Positions 16,068-23,916 of a stretch of 33,086 bases of DNA are shown here, in pieces (positions within the stretch are counted from its first letter, which is position 1; the number at the start of each line of letters is the position of its first letter). The stretch comes from Thermoplasmatota archaeon (lineage in GTDB: Archaea > Thermoplasmatota > SW-10-69-26 > JACQPN01 > JAJPHT01). The position numbers were made by a program, and so were the translations under genes. The stretch lies in NCBI GenBank assembly GCA_041658815.1, contig JBAZZN010000001.1:1-33086 (forward strand), in the 5' to 3' direction. The notes below the pieces were generated by a model. It had not been told where the DNA came from, made no database searches, and saw nothing but the letters and a program-made list of their open reading frames with translations.

Positions 16068-16111
16068 CTTTCGCCAACCAAATCCGTTTGTTCTGTATGA
16101 GTGGGGTGAGC
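16068..16111. repeat. att-like direct repeat overlapping the 3' end of tRNA-Phe copy 1
   Basis: Partner of 12018-12059: a 13/13 identical core plus a conserved upstream block. Confidence 0.7.
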
Positions 16112-16174
16112 CGGGCTCGAACCGGCGACCTCATGATCTTCAGTCATGCGATCTCCCAACTGATCTACCACCCC
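16102..16174 (-). tRNA. tRNA-Phe (anticodon GAA), intron-less, CCA not encoded
   Basis: Hand fold of GGGGTGG-TA-GATC-AGTTGGGA-GATC-G-CATGA-CTGAAGA-TCATG-AGGTC-GCCGG-TTCGAGC-CCGGC-TCACCCC-A. All four stems pair (7/4/5/5 bp), with U33, G37 and T-loop TTCGAGC. Confidence 0.9.
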
Positions 16175-16219
16175 AGTTGGCGTTTGGCGAATGCGGGGAA
16201 GCCTCGAAAGGCTTCCGAC

Positions 16220-16413
16220 CACGGTGAGCCGGGTTCGAACCGGCGACCCCGCGAGCGAAGCGAGCGGCGACGACGCGAGGCGCGCTTCAGCGCGCCGGTG
16301 CCCGGAGGCACGCGTCGGAGTCATGATCTTCAGTCATGCGATCTCCGGACGCGTCTGCGGACGCGTCCTCTCGCGCATCTGCGGATGCGCGATCCCAACT
16401 GATCTACCACCCC
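16220..16413 (-). tRNA. Second tRNA-Phe(GAA)-like gene with two large insertions (candidate non-canonical introns) and a divergent 3' acceptor end
   Basis: Collinear with copy 1 apart from four differences. There is a 49-nt insertion in the D-loop (within 16344-16395; the boundary is ambiguous by 3 nt). There is a 72-nt insertion at 16249-16320, between tRNA positions 44 and 45. The T-loop reads TTCGAAC. The 3' strand TCACCGT gives a G2:G71 mismatch. Confidence 0.6.
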
Positions 16414-16452
16414 AGTTGGCAGACGTCGGATTCCGCTTCCCGTATTTGAGCC

Positions 16453-19296
16453 CTACCGCGCCACGGGGACGACGGTCTGCGCTTCTGATTGGACTTCGCG
16501 CGCCACGACGACCGCGCTCGCTTCGGGCGGCGGGTAGAAGAGCGGCACGAGGATGGTCGTGCTCAGGAAGATGCTCACGATGGCGAGTGCCGCCGCGAGG
16601 GCGCCTTGGCTCGACAGGACGAGCTTCATGGGGACGAAGAGGAGGAACGCGACGACCGTGGCGATGACCACGTACAAGTTGGCCTTGCCAGTCGTGCGGT
16701 ACACTTCCTCCATGCTTCCGACCTCGCGGTAGTTCCACACGTACTGGATGGCGTAGTCCGAACCGACGCTGATCAGCATCACGGTGGGCAGCATGAGCGT
16801 CATGCTGGCCTTGATGTCGAAGAGCGGCAAGGCTCCCAGCCACCAAACGCTCGCGATGATCATGGGGATCATGACAGCAAGGGTGTCGCGTGCTTTGAGG
16901 AAGACGAGAATGGCGATGCTGAGCACCGCCGCGCCGCCCACGTAGAGCGGCAACTGCGCGTGGGTGATGTAGCCTGAGACTGCTGCGAATGCGACGGCGC
17001 CACCAGGGAGGAGCCCGAGGAATTGTTCGGGACGGCCCAGCACGGCGATGGCGATGATGAGCGTGAGGAACGTCGCGATGTAGCCCACGTAGTCTAGCCA
17101 CGGCATTCCGTACTCGACGAAGAGGTAGAACGTGTCCTGCGTGCCCACGAGGTCCACGGAGCGCAGCGTCGAGGGACGCTGCATGGTGGGTGCGTTCGCG
17201 CAGGCGTAGCCGGTGGGGGTATTGCCGACGTCGCAATTGAGGTTGTTCCAATCGTCCTTGAGGCTCGCGTAGTCCTCGTTCCCGATCTTGTAGAACACAT
17301 GCGTGACGGCGAAGTTGGAGTCCGGCGACACGAAGATCGCTACTAGGGGTGACCAGATCGGGTTCGTGTACATGTATTTGATATCTGCCGCGACGCGCGC
17401 CTTGTCCATGGGGATGTTCACATATGGATCCGCGCCTGGCTGCTTCTCATAGGCGATCGCAGGGTTGTAGAGGCCAGCTTTGAGATCGTAGTACGTGCGT
17501 AGGCCCAACATGAGCGACGCGATGTTGGATGACTTTGGCACGTGTTTGCTGTCCCTTAAGAACGATTGGTCCAGGGACGCGATGTATTTGAGTGTCGCAG
17601 GGTCGGCGATGCCGCCGGGCTCCTTCGATTCGAACACGACGAGCTCCGTGCCGGAGCCACCGAGCGCTTGGTTGTAGAAGCGATAGCTCTCCTCGACGTA
17701 GTCTCCGTCCTTGAAGCCGCCCGAGATCCCGAAGTACTCCTCGATCTTCGTGCTCTCGTAGGCTAGCGCGCCCGTGACGATGACGACGAAGGCGATGGTC
17801 GCGACGCGGTTCTTCGTGATGGCCTTGCAGACGCCGCCCATCAGGATGGATGGCTTGAATGGCTTGACCTTGGCCTTCGTCTTGCGGACCGACTGGGCTG
17901 CGGGGATGAACGTGATGGAGAGGAGGAAGAGCGCACTGAACGAGAAGACCGTCAGGAGCGCGAGGTCGCGCATGATGTGGAAGCCTGCGAGGAACATCGC
18001 GAGGAGGCCGGCCACGCTCGTTATGCTCGCGATGGCGAGGGCTGCGCCAGCGCGGCGCCCCACCATTGCCCAGACGACTTCCTTGCTGCGGTCGGACGCG
18101 CTGTACTCCATGTACTGGTTCGTGACGTAGATGGCGTACTCTTTGCCCACGCCCATCGTGATCGGTACGATGAGGAGGCCGAAGAACGTGAGTGGGATGT
18201 GCAAGTAGCCCATCAGGCCGTACGTCCACACGAGGCCCATGCAGAACGAGACGAACGCGATCAGCATCGACGGCACGTCGGTGAACGCGACGACGAGCAC
18301 GAGGAACGTGACGATGAAGACGATGGGGCCCCACGTCTGGAAGTCGCTTTGCGCCAGCTCCGTCATGTGCCCGTTGATCGATTGGCCCAGGATGTAGGTG
18401 TGATCACAGTTGAAGGCGGGCCCGTTGCCAAGGATGTTCTTTTGCTGAAGAGCGGGGCAGCCCACGTCGCGCCATTCCTGCGCGGCGTGAACGAACTTCG
18501 TCGCGACTGGCACGACCTTCTCGGGGCCTTCCTTCGTGATGTTCAGGTCGTAGATGAACACCAGGATCGCGCCCGTGAAGTTCTCGTTCGTCTGCGCTTG
18601 GACGACGTCTTGTGCCGCGGCGAAGAGGACTTGGTAGTCGCGGGCGAACATGGCCGAATCGTCGGGCAGCGCGAAGGCGGAGGCGTCGGGCTCCTTGAGG
18701 GGTTTGCACTGGTCGATCGGGATGCCACCTGGCGGCGCGGCCGGGATCGCGCCGATGGAGCACGACGGGTTGGGAACGCCGCTCGCGGTGTAGTTGATGA
18801 GTTTCACGAGGTAGGGAAGCGTGATCACGTAGGGCATCTGCGCCTTTCCCGTCACGGGGTCCGTCATCTTTTCTTGGATGAACTTCGTCGCTTCTTCCGC
18901 CGCGCGGATGGAGCGCTCGCTCGTGATGTTGTCGCGGTGACAGTTGGGGTCGCGTTCTCCGCTCGCGTCGAGGGCGTTTGGATCGCACACCGTGCAGCCT
19001 TGACCGCTCTGGTCGCACTTCTGGGCGGCCTGCGAGACCTCGATCCACAGCGTGTCGGCGTTCCGGAACCCAGGGAGCTCAGTGAGCGCGCGGTAGTTCG
19101 CAGTCGCTGAGGGGTGATCGTCTGGCATGAGGTCATAGTCGGTCGATCGGACCTGGATGCCCGTGAGACCATATGCGAACACGAGCGTGACCACAAGGTA
19201 GAACGCGAGCACGACCTTCGCTCGGCGCGCGCTCCACGTGAAGATCTTCGAGACAGCGTTCCCGATGAGGTGGTCGAGATCCAGCACTCTATGCAC
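16453..19296 (-). CDS. RND-superfamily (MMPL/COG1033-like) exporter
   Basis: 947 aa with the duplicated architecture TM1, large extracytoplasmic loop, 5 TM, repeated twice. N-terminus RAKVVLAFYLVVTLVFAYGL...; typical of predicted archaeal RND exporters. Confidence 0.75.
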   Translation of the reverse strand: MHRVLDLDHLIGNAVSKIFTWSARRAKVVLAFYLVVTLVFAYGLTGIQVRSTDYDLMPDDHPSATANYRALTELPGFRNADTLWIEVSQAAQKCDQSGQGCTVCDPNALDASGERDPNCHRDNITSERSIRAAEEATKFIQEKMTDPVTGKAQMPYVITLPYLVKLINYTASGVPNPSCSIGAIPAAPPGGIPIDQCKPLKEPDASAFALPDDSAMFARDYQVLFAAAQDVVQAQTNENFTGAILVFIYDLNITKEGPEKVVPVATKFVHAAQEWRDVGCPALQQKNILGNGPAFNCDHTYILGQSINGHMTELAQSDFQTWGPIVFIVTFLVLVVAFTDVPSMLIAFVSFCMGLVWTYGLMGYLHIPLTFFGLLIVPITMGVGKEYAIYVTNQYMEYSASDRSKEVVWAMVGRRAGAALAIASITSVAGLLAMFLAGFHIMRDLALLTVFSFSALFLLSITFIPAAQSVRKTKAKVKPFKPSILMGGVCKAITKNRVATIAFVVIVTGALAYESTKIEEYFGISGGFKDGDYVEESYRFYNQALGGSGTELVVFESKEPGGIADPATLKYIASLDQSFLRDSKHVPKSSNIASLMLGLRTYYDLKAGLYNPAIAYEKQPGADPYVNIPMDKARVAADIKYMYTNPIWSPLVAIFVSPDSNFAVTHVFYKIGNEDYASLKDDWNNLNCDVGNTPTGYACANAPTMQRPSTLRSVDLVGTQDTFYLFVEYGMPWLDYVGYIATFLTLIIAIAVLGRPEQFLGLLPGGAVAFAAVSGYITHAQLPLYVGGAAVLSIAILVFLKARDTLAVMIPMIIASVWWLGALPLFDIKASMTLMLPTVMLISVGSDYAIQYVWNYREVGSMEEVYRTTGKANLYVVIATVVAFLLFVPMKLVLSSQGALAAALAIVSIFLSTTILVPLFYPPPEASAVVVAREVQSEAQTVVPVAR

Positions 19297-19547
19297 TCCC
19301 GTCCGAAAGCATCATTCTGGGAGTTATTAAGGGCTGGGTTCGGGTGGGGCTTGTCTCGTATCCCGGTCGGCTCGGGCGGCTCGTTGTGGGTCAAGCCAGT
19401 CGGTGCGGATCGCCAAGCGCGCGTTCCGAGAGCACCCGACGCAGCACACGGGGCGGGACCGTGTCCGCGGAGCGTGCCGCGAACGAGTCTTGCTGTGCTC
19501 GCCCACGAGCGCATCGCTTTCCAAACGATTAAGTCCCCTCTCCCCGA

Positions 19548-21041
19548 GTGCGAAGCATGCCGCTTCCCCAGGAGGAACGCCTCGCCGCGAGGCACCGCGT
19601 GGTCGCCCTCGTCGGCGGGGTCCTCGCGCTGTGGGCAACGAGCGGTCTGTTCGCGACGCTCCTTGACGGGCGCGTCAACGCGTTCGTGCTCCTCCTCGTG
19701 GCGTTCCCGCTTGGCAGCGTCGCGCTCGTCATCACGCGCACGGGGCATTGGCGCATCGCCTCATTCCTCGCCACGCTCGCCCTCGTCCTGATCATCGCCG
19801 GCCACGTGCTTGGTCCCCTTGGCGCCCCGACACGGCCACTCCTCATCCTTCCCGGCACGTTGGGGCTCGTCCTGCTCGTGATCGTCGCCCTCGCGGTGCC
19901 GCTTCTCGCAGGTTGGCGCTCGGACGCACTCGACCGTGCCGCCTGGACGACTGGCCGCGCTCCACCGCTGCTGCGCTCGCCATTGGACTGGCGCGCCGTC
20001 CCCGCCAACTACGCGGGAGGGTTCGGCCTGGCTGGGCAACTCGCGCTCGAAGCCGCGTTCTCCTGGCGCCCGGCCACCGCGCGCATAGGGCTCGATGTCA
20101 CACGCGAGGACCTCGCGGCTGCCCTCGCGGAAGCGGGCGCTACGTGCGAGCCGCGGGGCGGCACGACGCTGGCCATCACGCTCCCTGACGACGGCGGACA
20201 GGTGCGGGCGGACCGCGTCTGCCTCGCATTCCCCAGACGAGCGCATGCTCTCCGTGTGCGCGGCGAGAGCGCGGCCGTCCGGCGCGCCGTGCTGCTCATC
20301 GAGTCGCTCAGCGTCGGTTCGTTCGCCCGCACCGAAGCTGGCCGCCGGTTCGAAGCGCGCATCAACACGATGCTGCGTGACGCCGTGTGCGCCAACACTC
20401 TCGAAGAGCGCAGCCTCCTCGCCGAGGAAGCACAGCGGCTGGAACGCATCCTCGACGCGCGTGACCTGCCGCCGCACGAATGGACAGCGCTGCGCGCATG
20501 GAAGACACAGCGCCTCCGCCTCGCCATCGCCACCAAATTGCTATCTGAGCCAGCGGGCCCACGCGCTGAGGGCCGCGTCATCGCGCCCGCGCCCGCACTC
20601 TCCCCCGACCTCTCGCGCGTGCTCGACACGGGCCAAGGCCTCTCGACCCTGCGCCGCATCGTGTTCGTCCCCCACTGGATCGTGCCCGTGCGCGACGCGA
20701 GCGGCGAGCGCGAGGTGCTCGTGAACGCGCTCACGCACAAGCCAGAAGTGATGCAAGGCGACGAAGTGCTGCGAGCTGCCCGCGAGCAAGCGCCCTCGTT
20801 CTTCCTTGATGCGCCGCGCTCGGTGACGTTCTTGCCCGCGCCTGAGCCCACCGCGGCCGTTCTGCGCGATCTTCGTGAGGCGTTCCCCCACGCGGATGTT
20901 TCGCCCGCGGTGGCCGGCCCCGCAGAGTGGCTCCTCGTGCCATTCGTGCCAACAAGCGAGGGCTACGTGAACGCCGTGACTGGCCAGAAGGCGCCCGACC
21001 TCGGGCCAGCGGCGGGAGTGGCGGCGGTCACGCGACCGTAA
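19548..21041 (+). CDS. Hypothetical protein: N-terminal 4-TM domain plus a ~350-aa soluble domain of unknown function
   Basis: Long ORF with normal amino-acid composition and clear TM helices in the first ~120 aa. I recognise no motif. Confidence 0.55.
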   Translation: MRSMPLPQEERLAARHRVVALVGGVLALWATSGLFATLLDGRVNAFVLLLVAFPLGSVALVITRTGHWRIASFLATLALVLIIAGHVLGPLGAPTRPLLILPGTLGLVLLVIVALAVPLLAGWRSDALDRAAWTTGRAPPLLRSPLDWRAVPANYAGGFGLAGQLALEAAFSWRPATARIGLDVTREDLAAALAEAGATCEPRGGTTLAITLPDDGGQVRADRVCLAFPRRAHALRVRGESAAVRRAVLLIESLSVGSFARTEAGRRFEARINTMLRDAVCANTLEERSLLAEEAQRLERILDARDLPPHEWTALRAWKTQRLRLAIATKLLSEPAGPRAEGRVIAPAPALSPDLSRVLDTGQGLSTLRRIVFVPHWIVPVRDASGEREVLVNALTHKPEVMQGDEVLRAAREQAPSFFLDAPRSVTFLPAPEPTAAVLRDLREAFPHADVSPAVAGPAEWLLVPFVPTSEGYVNAVTGQKAPDLGPAAGVAAVTRP

Positions 21042-21840
21042 CGCTCACTTGCGCGGGGGAGTCGCGAAACCCAAGCAGCGCCAGGCCGATGAGCAGCAGT
21101 TCAAGCACAACGATATCTCGTGCGTCTGACTGCGCGTTCGGGTGGCCGCCGAACCAGTCGTCCCCGTAGATGACAGCGAGGGCCATGAGCCCGAGGATCG
21201 CGCTTCCCACGAGGAGTCCGCGCCGCGGCACGGGATAATACACGACAAGCAGGACGCTCGCGGCGAGGAGCAGTACCGTGCTGACGACTCCGCTGGCTTG
21301 AACGCAGATGGATCTGGAGGGTGGGGCCTGGCCATAGGAGTAGACGGAAGGCTGGCCACAGTCGATGGTGCCGTCCGCATTCATGTGCTCGAAGTGGACG
21401 TTGGGAAGCGCGGTGGTCCAGACCGCCAAACCAAGCCCAGTGGGAATGAGGAGAAGCGTGCCCATCAGAAGGGCGCCGATGCGGAGCGACTTTGCGCGCT
21501 CGGGTGACCCCCGCCTTGGGTTCGCGATGAGCGCGAACCCGCCCACGATGCCCAAACCCAGAGCGGATAGCATGGTCCAACCGAGGATGACGTCGAGCGC
21601 GCGTGGTGCAAAGGTGCACGTCGAGGGCGTCCGGGTGCCGTCTGACGATGCCGATGCGCTGCAGCTTGAAGTTGGCTGGAACGCCAGCGCGACAAGGCAT
21701 GCTGCGGCCACCATGAAGGACGCGACGATTCCGCCGATGAGCCAGCGTCGGTCCACGACCTCCCTTTGGCGCGCGGAGCACTTGGACTTGACCGTTTCCC
21801 CAAGGTGACACCTTGGGGAATGGCTTCCCATGCGGCTCAC
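21028..21840 (-). CDS. Hypothetical polytopic membrane protein with a Cys-containing extracytoplasmic loop
   Basis: Hydrophobic segments throughout. The GTG start overlaps the gatE stop (GTGA); an alternative ATG is at 21831. Its 3' end overlaps the convergent gene by 14 nt. Confidence 0.55.
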   Translation of the reverse strand: MSRMGSHSPRCHLGETVKSKCSARQREVVDRRWLIGGIVASFMVAAACLVALAFQPTSSCSASASSDGTRTPSTCTFAPRALDVILGWTMLSALGLGIVGGFALIANPRRGSPERAKSLRIGALLMGTLLLIPTGLGLAVWTTALPNVHFEHMNADGTIDCGQPSVYSYGQAPPSRSICVQASGVVSTVLLLAASVLLVVYYPVPRRGLLVGSAILGLMALAVIYGDDWFGGHPNAQSDARDIVVLELLLIGLALLGFRDSPAQVSVTVA

Positions 21841-23744
21841 GACAGCTTCTTTCGGAGGCGGTCCTGGACGAGCTTCGAGATGGCGTCTCCGGAGAATCGG
21901 CCCCGGTACTTGGCCATGATCGGGCCCATGATGGCGCCCGCTGCGCGTTCCTTCTGACGATCGACGATGTCTCGCTTCTCTTCGATGACGGCATCGATCG
22001 CCCGGATCACCTCGTCCTCGCTCACCCCGCCAAGCCCGAGCGCCTTCGCAGCGTCTCGCGCGCTGACGTGGTGCACAAGCACGTGCTTCACGACTTGTGG
22101 CAGCGCTTCCTTCGCAAAGGCGCCTTCCTTGAGCGCCGAGAGCGCGTCCATCGCCACGTCCTCAGGAATGTCGCGCGGGGGCTGTCCTGGCTCAGTGATA
22201 TCGGCTGGGACGTTGATGAGCACGCGCGCGGCTTCGCGCGGAAGACCCGACGCGGCCACGAGGCGCTCGAAGATCGCCGCTTCGCCGCTTCGAACGAGCT
22301 GCTTGGCTTGCTCTGCAGAGAGGTCCGGGTACTGTCGTGCGAAGCGCGCGAGCTTCTGCGCCGGCATCTCGGGAAGGGCAGACGACAGCGCCCGCAGGCG
22401 CTCTTCAGTCAGCGTGACGGGCGGCACGTCCGTCTCGGGGTACATGCGCGCGCCGCCTGGCAGCGGCCGCAGGTAGCGGGACGTCGCGTCCGCATTGAGG
22501 TCGCGCGTCTCTTCGGGCACGCCCTCGAGGAGCATCGCCGCGCGCGATAGCACGCCGTGGAGCGCGACCTCGGCGACGGCCTTCTTCTCGACCACTAAGG
22601 CGAACGCGTCGTCACCGCCGAGGCTCAGGCGCGCGTGCACCGCCTCGACCTCGGCCTCCGTGATGCCGTAGGCGGGCAGCTCGTCGCTGTGGAATATTCC
22701 CTTGACGCCGGCCTTCTGTTTGGCGTAGTCTGCCAGCTCGCGGCCCACGCGGGGCGGCGGGGCGGCGTCCTTGCCCTCGTTTGGGCCCTTCTTCCCGATG
22801 AGCCCTGCCAGATGCGGGAGCGCCACGGCGAACACCGTGTGGCCCTTCACCATCTTGGCCTCGGTGAGCGTGAACACGTCGCTCACGTCGATGATGGGAC
22901 GCGCGGCGTAGTCCGAAAGCTTCGCGCCGCGCTCAAGCAGCTTCTTCTTGATGTCGAGCAGGTGGATCTGCCGGGCGACTTCCCACTCGACGGCGGGTGC
23001 GATGAGACGCAGCTCCTGCACGCCCTTGATCTCGACGCGCGCTCCCTCGCGGATGCTGACGTTGAGATCCTGCCGGATGGTGCCGATGCCACGCTTCACG
23101 CGGCCAGTGGCCCGTAGCGCCATGCCGATGGCTTCTGCCACTTCGCGCGCGTGCTGGGGGCCCTTGAGGTCGGGCTCGGTGGCGATCTCCACGAGCGGGA
23201 TGCCGAGGCGGTCGAGACGATAGCGTTGGAGGTTGCCGACGCGGTCGAGCCGACGCGCGCTGTCCTCTTCCAGGCAAAGGGTCGCGATGCGGGACGCGCC
23301 GCCTTCGGCCTCTACGACGCCGTCGGTCGCCAGGAGCGCCGTGCGCTGGAAGCCGCCCGTGTTGGACCCGTCCACCACGATCTTGCGCATGATGTGCAAC
23401 TCGGCCACGGGCCTCGTCTTGAGGAGGAGCGCGACTTGGAGCGCGACGTCGAGCGCTTCGGGCGTGATGCTGTGGGGCGGCTCCTCGTCCATCTCGACGA
23501 GGCATGTGCTATCGCGCGAGCCGACGTACTCGAAGATGAGGGACTTGCGCGCTTCCTCTACGGCTGAGCGGTCAACTTCGCCAAGCTCGCTCGCGGTGGG
23601 CTTGAGCGCGCGCAGGAACGTGACGTCCGCGGCTTCCGTCTCGTCGAGCCGCGAGGGGCAGCGACAGAAGAGCTTGCGCGTGTCGAGCTGCTGGTGGATC
23701 TCCAGGCCAGCCTTGAAGCCGAGGGCGGCGTAGTCGAGCGTCAT
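21837..23744 (-). CDS. gatE: Glutamyl-tRNA(Gln) amidotransferase subunit E
   Basis: From the internal Met: MTLDYAALGFKAGLEIHQQLDTRKLFCRCPS..., the canonical GatE N-terminus. 635 aa, with a GatB/YqeY-like C-terminal domain. The 67 upstream codons of the ORF are Arg-rich and lie in the structured spacer. Confidence 0.9.
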   Translation of the reverse strand: MTLDYAALGFKAGLEIHQQLDTRKLFCRCPSRLDETEAADVTFLRALKPTASELGEVDRSAVEEARKSLIFEYVGSRDSTCLVEMDEEPPHSITPEALDVALQVALLLKTRPVAELHIMRKIVVDGSNTGGFQRTALLATDGVVEAEGGASRIATLCLEEDSARRLDRVGNLQRYRLDRLGIPLVEIATEPDLKGPQHAREVAEAIGMALRATGRVKRGIGTIRQDLNVSIREGARVEIKGVQELRLIAPAVEWEVARQIHLLDIKKKLLERGAKLSDYAARPIIDVSDVFTLTEAKMVKGHTVFAVALPHLAGLIGKKGPNEGKDAAPPPRVGRELADYAKQKAGVKGIFHSDELPAYGITEAEVEAVHARLSLGGDDAFALVVEKKAVAEVALHGVLSRAAMLLEGVPEETRDLNADATSRYLRPLPGGARMYPETDVPPVTLTEERLRALSSALPEMPAQKLARFARQYPDLSAEQAKQLVRSGEAAIFERLVAASGLPREAARVLINVPADITEPGQPPRDIPEDVAMDALSALKEGAFAKEALPQVVKHVLVHHVSARDAAKALGLGGVSEDEVIRAIDAVIEEKRDIVDRQKERAAGAIMGPIMAKYRGRFSGDAISKLVQDRLRKKLS

Positions 23745-23770
23745 CCACTCACCCCGCACCGCGCCTGGCA

Positions 23771-23904
23771 CCACGGAGACACGGAGAACGGAGCTGACGA
23801 ACGGTGATCGGGGGACAAGAGAGACGGAGAGGTCTGCCACTCCGTCTCTCCCTCGGTCTGGCTGACGCTGCCCAATCGATCCTCCGGCCTCCGCGTCTCC
23901 GTGG
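23771..23904. repeat. Structured palindromic element in the gatD-gatE spacer
   Basis: Outer inverted repeat CCACGGAGAC (23771-23780) / GTCTCCGTGG (23895-23904). Perfect 11-bp hairpin GAGAGACGGAG-N10-CTCCGTCTCTC (23819-23850). Tandem CACGGAGA octamers at 23772-23793. Confidence 0.6.
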
Positions 23905-23916
23905 TGATCTGCGGAC

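Larger units (their letters stand above)
12018..16111. mobile_element. Decayed integrated element (~4.1 kb) at tRNA-Phe, with an integrase at the tRNA-proximal end
   Basis: Imperfect direct repeats at 12018-12059 and 16068-16111. A tyrosine recombinase gene is adjacent to the tRNA 3' end. Cargo is toxin-like and hypothetical genes. In the alternative junction model the right border is 16222 (see findings). Confidence 0.6.

Noticed and set aside
16197-16222. Possible third intron in tRNA-Phe copy 2. Removing ggaagcctcgaaaggcttccgaccac would restore a perfect TCACCCC acceptor strand.
   Set aside because: The only BHB-like fold I could draw (GTG/CAT helix, GGAA/TTCC helix) puts the cleavage sites where the acceptor is not restored. 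It would also give discriminator G instead of A. The GGAAGCC-TCGAAA-GGCTTCC hairpin is more simply a spacer or terminator-like hairpin, like CCGCGAGT-CGAAA-ACTCGCGG (16030-16050) after copy 1. I keep it only as a low-probability alternative.
17977-19110. 377-aa plus-strand ORF, plus other ORFs overlapping 16334-19748
   Set aside because: They overlap the 947-aa RND exporter ORF, which has coherent TM architecture. The alternatives are Arg/Asp/His-rich.
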